NCBI GenBank assembly: GCA_010093605.1
Contig: MU004184.1
Coordinates: 2,462,354-2,482,353, forward strand
Reading direction: 5' to 3'
Source: Lophium mytilinum
Lineage: Eukaryota
DNA: 20,000 nt
Part shown: one piece after another, positions 1-9,001 of the stretch
Numbering within the stretch: the stretch's first letter is position 1
Layout of the letters: each line of letters begins with the position of its first letter
Notes under the pieces: generated by a model
What the model was told of the DNA's origin: nothing
The model's input: only the letters and a program-made list of their open reading frames with translations
Database searches by the model: none
Position numbers and translations under genes: made by a program

Positions 1-46
1 GAACATCGCCGTGGATGGCGGGTTCACCGTCGGGATCCCTCTGTAG
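1..46 (+). CDS. 3' end of a short-chain dehydrogenase/reductase (gene begins left of the window)
   Basis: Frame from nt 2 reads NIAVDGGFTVGIPL-TAG(44-46). (I/L)xVDGG is the typical C-terminal motif of classical SDRs. Only 14 codons are visible. Confidence 0.7.
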   Translation, partial: NIAVDGGFTVGIPL

Positions 47-826
47 ACTGACCGCCGCATCATCAATTCAAGCTTCAATCTTCTCAAGCCTCGCGCACTT
101 CACATTTCAGCCGCGGGTCTTTACGCATCGCCACATGACGACGAAGTCGAGCTTGGCAGGCCAGCAAACAAACCCCGCGAAATGCAACTGACCGCGAATA
201 TTAGGGTCCATGGCTTTTGACTAGGCGCTGATTCGCTGCTACGTAGCATCCTCTTGAATTGGTCCGGAGCGAGGGTCTTCGGACGGACTATTTCTTCCCC
301 GCCTTTGCCCAGCGATCAACGTGCGGAAACTTACCACGTCCAGAAGGTCATTGGACAGCCGACGCCGCCGGATCTCTTCGAGTGCGGTCTGGTGCATGCG
401 GGGCCCCGACTTGCTGTGCCTGGAGAGCAGCTTTGCTCGAAACTCAGAGCCGGTGCTTGGACGTGCTGGGGCTGCTGGGGCCGGGCGTGCTTGGGCCTTC
501 ACCCCCCGAGTTCCGGCTTCTCCCTGCTCCCTGCGTCTGGCCCCCCAAACCCGCTTCAGACGCGGTTGCATGACTCGAGCCCGGATTTGGCTGGAGCTCT
601 CCCTGGCCACTCATCTCCACTTTGTGGAGAAGCTGGCACGGCTGGCACGCGGGGTACAGATCGCTGCCCATCAATATTCGCCAGCGCCGTCTGTCTCTGC
701 TGATATTCACACCACCCGTCTCCCACTCTCTGTCTTTGGTCATCAATTTCTGTGCTCGCTTTGTTTCAATCCACGCAGGGGCCTCAGACGACCCGGTAGA
801 GCTATCTGCGAGATAAAGTAGTAATA

Positions 827-3698
827 ATGGCACCGACTACCGATTCCCAGCCCCAAGCTGCGTTGGCTTGCCAGCTCTGTCGCAAGTGAGCCTCTTCCCC
901 AGCGCTTTCTCCACCCGCGTCGCGTCTGCAAAGCATGAACCCCTTTCGACCTTGCGTTCTCCTTGCCTCAATTTGAGCATGTTTTCGCATGCGCGCCGTG
1001 ACTGAATAGCTGCTGACTTTTAACGCAGGCGCAAAATAAAATGGTAGGTCTGATGTTCTAGCTGCAGTCGCCGCATTTCTGACTCCAGTCCCTCCAGTGG
1101 TCGCGAGCTTCCTCGGTGCGCAATATGCGTAGGCTCACAGCAAGACTGTCAATACCCACCAGGACCCTTGAAGCCAGGCCCTAAAATCGGAGCATCGCAG
1201 CGAGGTCGCAAACGACAAAAGACCAATCCCTCGGAAGAGAGTTCTTCCCAGCCGCCTCGCAATTCAGATGGCGATTCCACGGACGCGAGGGGCCCCAACG
1301 CGGATCCCGCGGAATGGGAGAATCGCCCTGCAAACACTGGGGGAGCCAATTCATCACGATCCAACGAGTTTACTGGAAACCAGGACTTCGCAAATCGCCG
1401 CGGCTCCTCCGTTTCGAATACTGAGCTTGGAATCCAAGCGAGGGCTGCACACCGGCCCTCACAAGCGGGACTGGATGGGCGCAGGCCACTCTCGCCCGCG
1501 ACCACTCCGTCTACCGGGAGCCCAAGAGACCAGCTGAACATGCAAAGTCTTTCCTTCATCATTCATCCTTCGCACGAAACTTGCACCCCCGAGACGGCCA
1601 AGTCCGATTTCGGAACCCCATCCCGAACAGAACCCGTGACGTTGATCATTGCGCGCACCTGGGTTGCTCTTGGCGTGAAGCCTCAGGTCATCTATCGATT
1701 GTACGTTGCTGAATCCTTTGAAAACGAAGATAATGCCATGCTTACCTCTTTTCTAGGGTCGACTTGTATTTCGAGAATTTTACAGCCTTTTCGTTATTTC
1801 AACAACCGGTTTTCGAAGTGAAAGCGCAAAATGTCGCCTCATCTCTGCATCTCCACGCTCTCTTAGCTGCCATGTTCTCATTCGCGGCCCCCTTTTATGT
1901 TCCCGACACCACGAGCCCGAACGGCTTCCCCGATCCTGACAACCCTGCTGTACCAAATTCTGAACACTTTGCCGACCTCGCGGAGAGATTCGTGCAAGAA
2001 TCGCTCATGAAGCTCGAAGATGAATCGCCGCCCCTCTGTTTACTCCAAGCCCTGATACTAACCACATATCGAAAGCTCATCAAAGGCGCTCGTGGTCGAG
2101 CGTGGAGATCACTTGGTACTTGCGTTCGCCTAGCTTACGAAATGAACCTCCATTTGATCGACTCGGAGGGCATTGGGCGAGGAGATGCACCACAGTCTCA
2201 AAGTCGAGATCAATGGGTAGTAGACGAAGAGCGCCGGCGCGCATGGTGGGCAGTTTGGGAGATGGACACTTTCGCCGGAACTGTGCGGAGATGTCCAGCC
2301 GCAATAGATTGGTCGCAGAACGAAACATACCTCCCCGTCGACGACGAGGCATTCTTTAGCGGAATTCCGAAGCGGAGCTGCTACTTGGAAAGAAATGCGA
2401 TTGACCGATGGAAGGCCTTGCATGAGAGCGGGAACGAGTCCTCGAAAGCCTGGTTCATCATCGTGAATTCTCTCATGCGAGAAGCACAGATGCTTGCAAG
2501 CCCCCGGGGAGTGCCAATTTCTATATCAGGGGCGTCCGATGATCGAGCATCGTCTTCAAGGACTGGCTGGCGCATGCTCCCGGGCAAAGCTTCTAAAGAC
2601 GTGTCTGAAAGGCTGGGAGCAATATCGAATGCCCTTCGCTGTATCTCTCTGACGCTCCCACCATCCCTTAAGTACCGGAACCAATATTTGAGCTTCGAGT
2701 CCACAGGACCCGACGATGCGAATTCCCCGCGCAGGCTGCATAGTGCCATCTACAGCATTCATCTCATGATTGCGCTAGCCAAGCTCATGATACATCACTA
2801 TTACGTCTTCTCGGTGCCACCAGAAAACACGCCAACTGTTTCAACTGAGGATCCTACCCACACTACAAAGGAGAAATCTGGACACTGGCAGTATCGGCCT
2901 TCTGGACTCGCCCTTGACCAGTACTTCGAAGCCGCCGACGACATCCTCACCATCATTAACAGGAGCCACGAAGACCATGTCCGCTACGTGAATCCATTCC
3001 TAGCAAGCACCGTATGGCTTGCGGCGGCAGCTCAACTTATTTCGAGAGTTTTTGGCTCTCCGAACACGGACGCAAACCTTGCGAGGTCCAAATTTGAGGT
3101 CCTGTATCTGCTGCATAAGCAATTCGTCAACTACTGGGGCATATTCACGGCATTGCAGGAGAACTTGAACACTCTTGAAGCACGTCTTGAACGCATCAGC
3201 GCACGACTGAATGGAAGTGAAGATCCGGGTTCTCGGCCTATGACTAATGGGCAGAGTTCGCGCCCGAAGACAGCGGCGAGCAATCACACAAACCCCAACG
3301 ACTCGCAGACGGCGTCGAACAACACCACCAATCATGCCTCTCCAAACCTCTACCACATTCCTCGCTCCGAAATTCCCCCATTCTCGACTATGAACCACCT
3401 ACAGCTGGTCCAAAGCCCGCGCCAACAGCAGCAGCATCCACAACAACAACAGCAGCAGCAAGAGCACACCATGCACGACCCATTTGCTCATAACATTGGA
3501 AACTTCCCTTCGTTCGGAGGGGCTCAGCAGAACGAGATGTTGGCCGGATCAATGGATGACCCAAATACGTTCAATGCGATGCATGATTCAACTGGCGATA
3601 TGATTGACGATCTGGACTTCAGCATGAGCCTGGATATGAGCGAGAGCGAGCTGCAAGGGTACTTGGGGGGCGTTTTGTCCGGTGCATTAATTGGGTGA
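827..3698 (+). CDS. Zn(II)2Cys6 (GAL4-type) transcription factor with fungal-specific TF middle domain, ~872 aa
   Basis: Hand-spliced join(827..885,1029..1043,1098..1700,1757..3698) = 2619 nt, all GT-AG introns, in frame. It rebuilds C-QL-C-RKRKIK-C-GRELPR-C-AI-C-VGSQQD-C (CX2CX6CX6CX2CX6C). Fungal_trans-type motifs follow: 'AWRSLGTCVRLAYEMNLH' and 'EERRRAWWAVWEMD'. The C-terminus is Q-rich and acidic. Confidence 0.93.
3423..3461 (+). repeat. Imperfect CAA/CAG microsatellite encoding a poly-Gln tract in the transcription factor
   Basis: caacagcagcagcatccacaacaacaacagcagcagcaa encodes QQQQHPQQQQQQQ. Confidence 0.85.
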
Positions 3699-3949
3699 AC
3701 AATTCTCTCAACGGCTTTTGGGTTGGGAAAATGGATCGCAGGAGCGGAGACGCGGCATTTGTTTTTGGGCGGCAGCATTGAGGTTTCTTGCGCTTTGTAT
3801 TCCTATGAGGAACATCTCTATTTAGCGTCAAATTCGATACCCCGTCTCTTCCATCTTTCCTCCATCTTTATTTATTCTCCTTCTCCAGGGCCGAGCAATC
3901 CCTGTTCGATCTGGCGTAGAGCTCCGATTTCGCATATGTATTTCAGTCC

Positions 3950-5088
3950 TCAATGAAGAGTGTATCCACCATCGACCTGCACCAATTAGCAACCCCCCAT
4001 TACGCAATCGGCATCGGACCCACTCACCGTCAATGCTGTCCCAGTGATGTAGCTCGCACGCTCGCTTGCCAAAAATGCAACCCCATCAGCGATCTCTTGG
4101 ACATGGGCCAGCCTGCCCATGGGCGTCTTGTCGATGTTCGGCTTGAGCACCTTCTTGACGGCGTCGGTCACGAGCGGGGTATCGACGAAGCTAGATCCCT
4201 GTATTAGACCGAGAGAACCCTTTTTCCACTAGTTTGTGCGAGGCTGAGTTCGACCGAGCACGACGACCTACCCTGGACACACCGCGTTAACGCGAACGCC
4301 TTTCTTCGCAAAGTCTAGGGCGTCCGTTCGGGTCGGGCCGAGAAGACCTGGTTTGAGATTCAGCGGTTGGAATCGGGTTCGAAGATTTCTCGAGCCGAGA
4401 GGCTTCCGGGGTCTTGCGTACCATGTTTCGACATTGCGTATATCGCGTTTCCGGGGACGACAAGCATCCCCAGCACGGAGTCGATGTTCACGATCGAGCC
4501 TCGACTGGGTGTTCTCCCGACGCTGTGGGAGTGGTCAGTGCTTCAATCCGGGGTATTTTGGCGGAGGTGGTGGCGGCAGAACGTACACGGCGTCTGCGCT
4601 CACCAACGGCTCTTGCGCCTCCATGATCGCCAGCTCTGCCTTCTCGCACAGCCATGTTCCTTTCAGGTTTATGTTGAGTACGCGGTCGTAGTCTGAGGAG
4701 GGCACTTCAGTCGTTGGTCTTAATTGCGCGCCCACGCCCGCATTGTTGACTGCGTAGTCGATTCGGCCGAATTTCTTGACCGTGTTGGCGAAGATGCGGT
4801 CGATGTCTGTTTCTTTGGTGATGTCGCCTGTGTTTTGCAGCAGCTCGACGTTCGGGAATTGAGCGGCTACAATGGCGGCCGTGGATTCGAGGGCGGCGGC
4901 AGAGATGTCGACGGCCGAGATCTTGGTGCAGCCATCGCGGGCGAATTGGAGGAGTATAGCTGTGCCTATGGCGCCACCGGCTCCGGTGAGGAAGAGGACG
5001 CTGCAAGTGTCAGACGAAATTTCAGGCGAGGTATAATTCAGGTAGAGAGATGGAAAATGGCAATGTACCCGTTCAGAGATAGTCCCAT
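3950..5088 (-). CDS. Classical short-chain dehydrogenase/reductase, probably NAD(H)-preferring, ~266 aa
   Basis: complement(join(3950..3976,4028..4190,4272..4347,4422..4522,4587..5000,5069..5088)) = 801 nt, in frame, GT-AG introns. Motifs: TGAGGAIG, Asp at the end of beta-2 (AVDIS), NNAG, GSIVNIDS, catalytic YAMSK, VRVNAVCPGFVDTP, PMGRLA, and ITGTALTVDGGYTLH-stop. Confidence 0.93.
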
Positions 5089-5525
5089 TTTGATGGCGGT
5101 GCAATGGATAACCTCTGGTCAGAAATCGATGTTTGATATTGGCCCGTTTAGGATCCCGTGCTCGGCAAAAGTCCCGCGTAGGTAGAGGAAAAAACTGGCG
5201 GACAGACCTATGATATCTATTCAAGGGTATGTACAACCGGACTTTCTAGAAGCATTGGCGTATCAGTGGGTACATGCGGGGGATCGACTTCGGCCAAACG
5301 CCCATATCTACTGTGCTTCTACGTCAGGTACAGGTGGGTTCTCGGGAGGTCCAAGCAGGCGGTCCAATCTGTCATTGGCTACTCATTCAAGAACACGTGA
5401 TCAGGCTCGAGTTGTAGCGAAATCGGTTGACTACAAACTTCATGGTCGAATTTCTCAAGGCCAATTCTTCACATATCTAGGTCCGCTCAAATATCTTTCA
5501 AACAACACTACTTCACGTCGACCCT

Positions 5526-6184
5526 CTAGAATGAGAAAGCCTTCTTCGGGTCAATCGACGAGGTGAAATCCGCCTCCCTGGTCGCCATATTGACCGGGAA
5601 TGAAACATGCTCGTGCACCCACTTCCACACACCGTTGTCCTTGGAAAGCAGACCGGTGATACGGTAGATCATCTCAAACTCCTTGTCATCCTTGGACTTC
5701 CCGCGGAGTCGCTGGACCATGGTCGCATAGCCGGACGTCTTGGATGTCGCGAAGACTTCTAGGTCCTTGAAGTCGACTTTGGCGTTCGCGAAGTCTAAAG
5801 CAGGGTAAGCAAGTGGCATTCGGGATAATCACTGGGATGAACTGACATGGGAAGGTCTCCTCGAAATGCTCCTTGAAAGCACCACGGCCGGTGAAGCCGA
5901 AGAGGTCGAATGTGACTACTTCATCGATCTTGTAGAAGGGCTTGCCGGACTCAGAGTCGTCGAGGAAGTCACGGTTCAGGCAGCGCGCCCATCCCTTGTA
6001 GAACTCTAGGATCTCTTCCTCTTCCTTGAGCAGCTCGGGCTTGTGGGACTAGGGGAGACATATGAGTCCAATGACGGGTGATGCAGTCTTCCGAGATCGA
6101 CAAACATACCGTGCTAGGAGGGTAGCTCAGGTTCTTTTGAAGGTCCTGGACCGTGGTCAAAGTGTTCTCGTCGAAATAAGACAT
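5526..6184 (-). CDS. SnoaL-like / NTF2-fold protein (candidate cyclase, isomerase or hydrolase), ~181 aa
   Basis: complement(join(5526..5794,5847..6048,6110..6184)) = 546 nt, in frame. It reads ...VVTFDLFGFTGRGAFKEHFEETFPY...RITGLLSKDNGVWKWVHEHVSFPV. The R-x-T...G-x-W-x3-H-x-H-x-S-x-P ending is typical of SnoaL/NTF2-like proteins. Confidence 0.82.
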
Positions 6185-6829
6185 ATTGGAGGTGTAAGAT
6201 TTGAAAGACTATTGACGGGTTCGGAAAAAAGCTTTCTTGGGTGGATGACAGTGATTTTTACTATCTGCACACTCAGACCTACCAACATTTATACCTCTTC
6301 TCGCTCAAATCTCTCCGCACCCTGCAATACGCCACTGATGCCTGTAACCCCGCATTCTACTTTCACATATGCAATCCTTCCGCTGCCGGGCCGTTTTTTC
6401 AATGTCCATGACCGTGAATGTCACGTGTTTGAAGTCTTGCCGTACCTACAGGGCTACGATTGGACTGCGAAGTTTGGCCGGTTGAAGTAGACAAGAAGGG
6501 TAGTACAGATATTCCAGATGCCGCTCTGGGAAAAATTGTCCCCGGGAGTTCGGGCGCGAGTTTCCCCATGGGGTCGCACGGATATATGCATTCTCCAATG
6601 ATGGATCTACGCTCGCACAATTGAGTGCACTGCATGATGCAGTACTTCCAGGTTCTCCGTACTTTGTGCCAGCTATGTTGGTCCACATGCAAAAAGCTCG
6701 GAGCCATTCAGATCTGGCCCGGGAACCACGGCGTCAAGGTAATATAACTAGGGATATCACCAGATGTTTTCCCCGGATCGCTGAGATTAAGTTGACTCTC
6801 TTAATACCGAGATATCGGTATATACCATC
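6185..6829. promoter_or_regulatory. Divergent (bidirectional) promoter region between the SnoaL-like gene and the P450
   Basis: Head-to-head ATGs at 6184(-) and 6830(+). There is a TATAAA on the minus strand at 6288-6293, several CGG/CCG triplet pairs (6541-6556, 6718-6733), and an inverted repeat ataccga-gata-tcggtat at 6804-6821. Confidence 0.6.
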
Positions 6830-8785
6830 ATGACTCCAACCACTCTTTCCATCATCATCGCCTTGCTCTCCTATGGCGTCTACCGAGTTCTTCAGACTGG
6901 CAAGCGGGATCCTCGCATGCCCAAAGGGCCGCCGACGCTCCCCATCATTGGCAACCTGCACCAGATTCCTATGACTGGATTCTACAAGCAGTCAGTCCCC
7001 TTTCTTGTTCTGATTAAAATTACCGAATTGCTGAAATGTGCTCAGACTTCGAGAATGGGGCAAGGAATACAAAGGCATCTATTCGCTCAAATTTGGGTCC
7101 ACCAATGTGATTGTATGCGCCGACCGGAAGAGCGTCCATGACATGGTCGATAAGAAAGGCCTGATGTACGCGGATCGGCCGTTCAGTCATGTTGGACATA
7201 TGATAACTGGTGGTGATCATATGGTGCTGTCCAGCAATGATCCACTCACCAGAGAAAAACGAAAAGTCACGACGCACAATCTTTCGGTAAGACTAAATCC
7301 CCTCAACACACCTTTCTTTGCTGACCTGTCCTAGCCAAGAAACATCGACGAAAAGGTCGCTCCTATTCAGGAATCCGAGTAAGTCACGCTCGGCGTTTTC
7401 CAGAAATCTAAACGGTGGCTGATGGCACTAGAATAACTCAGTTGATGTTCGACTTCCTGGAGAAGCCCGAAGACTTCTATAAGCATCTTCGTCGCGTGAC
7501 CTCGTCGATCGCTTGTACGTTGGTTTTTGGCCAGCGAGGGGCAACCTATGATTCGTTTTGGGGATCTGTAAGCGACTAGCCGGTCAATCTTTTCTTCGGC
7601 TCTGAACTTTGCTAACAGTCTGAAGTGTGTTTACGAAGCCTTAGCAAGCGTAAGTAAAGCTTTCCATCTCATTTGCAATTACACTTACACTTTCGTAGTT
7701 CGGAGAATGTCTAGAGCCAGGTGCCAATCCTCCCGTGGATGAATTTCCCATCTTCAAATATTGGCCTGCTCGCCTGACTCCTTGGCCCAACTGGCAGACA
7801 CGGGCACTCGGCTCCCGGGACTGCTTCGACCGTATATGGGGTAAGGCGCGAGAGTTCGTTGAAGAGAGGAGACGGTCCGGAGTCAAGCGCGACTGCGTTG
7901 CAGATCAGCTTTTGGACACATACGAGGCTAAAGGGTTCCCATTCAGCCAGCATGCCGTCAACATGCTTCTTGGAGAGATGGTGGAGGGTGGCGCGGAGAC
8001 TACCAGCTCGAGTCTGTTGACCGTCGTTTTGGCATTGGCGATAAACCCCCAGTACCAAGAGAAGGCAAGGAAGGAGATCGACGCTGTCTGCGGGACTGAG
8101 AGGTATGGCACCGTACAGATTCATGCCAGATGCTCATGGTACTCACTGCTGATAGATCACCAACCTGGACGGATTTCAAAGACTTGCCGTATGTCAACTG
8201 CATTGTCAAGGAAGGCATGCGATATCGTCCGGTGTAAGTCAATCACCGCACTACCTCATTTCCAGCTTAGCACTAACCCGTGTTAGCATCTCGAGTGGTC
8301 TCCCTCACCGAAACAACGCCGAAGACACATACGAGGGCATGCTCATTCCTAAAGACTCTATGATCTTTGTGCCCGCCTGGGCCCTACATCACAACGAGAA
8401 CAACGGCTATGAAGACCCTGACACCTTCAACCCCGACCGCTTCCTCAACCATCCCAAACTTGCAAACGACTACGCCGGGTCTCCAGACTACAATATGCGC
8501 GATCACTACGGGTACGGAGCTGGGCGTAGGATGTGCCCGGGAATCCACCTCGCTGAACGAAATCAGTTCAGGATGGTGTCGAAGCTGCTATGGGCATTTG
8601 AGATTAGGGAACCCTTGAACGAGAAGGGGGAGAGAGTACCGCTAGACCCTGAGGCGTATGAGTCGGGGCTGCTGCATGCGCCTTTGCCGTTCAAGTGCGA
8701 AATCAAGGTTAGAAGCCAGGCGCACGTGGATACGATTCGGAAGGAGATGGCGGAGGCCAGGAAGCACTTTGCGAAGTGGGAGTGA
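6830..8785 (+). CDS. Cytochrome P450 monooxygenase resembling CYP619-type (PatH/PatI/YanC-like) aromatic or benzylic hydroxylases, ~528 aa
   Basis: join(6830..6990,7046..7286,7335..7378,7432..7567,7626..7649,7699..8102,8156..8233,8287..8785) = 1587 nt, in frame. Motifs: N-terminal TM anchor, PKGPPTLPIIGNLHQIP hinge, I-helix EGGAETT, K-helix EGMR, FNPDRF, heme motif YGYGAGRRMCPG. P450 identity is firm. The subfamily call is from recalled similarity of 'HPKLANDYAGSPD..RDHYGYG' and is less certain. Confidence 0.95.
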
Positions 8786-9001
8786 GAGTTGTCCTCTTCT
8801 TCACGTCACTATATCACATTTGATTTGAGTAGTAAATGCTTCAGTTGTTCATAAGTCGGCTAGGATACCTAAGACAGCATTCTCTATCTACCACCTTTCG
8901 CAACGAGGTATACCTCAGAGCTATGAATATGAGAATACTACCTCATTGTGAGATAAATGCTTCCAAAGCCCAACAGTTCCATAGTCGGCTGAACTCTCTA
9001 T

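Noticed and set aside
239..990. Several overlapping 60-166 aa ORFs on both strands upstream of the TF
   Set aside because: They have no recognisable motifs, overlap one another and lie in GC-rich promoter/5' UTR sequence. They are most likely chance ORFs.
1168..1821. 217-aa ORF and 644-aa ORF (1764..3698) treated as separate genes
   Set aside because: They are exons 3 and 4 of one TF, joined in frame by intron 1701..1756.
7611..7625. Alternative P450 acceptor at AACAG (7618)
   Set aside because: It would give a 31-nt exon and a frameshift. The AAG at 7625 preserves the frame and branch-point spacing.
827..8785. Assigning patulin gene symbols (patL, patN, patF, patH/patI)
   Set aside because: Similarity is only at family level and from memory, and the gene order does not match what I recall of the patulin cluster. 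Orthology needs a phylogeny.
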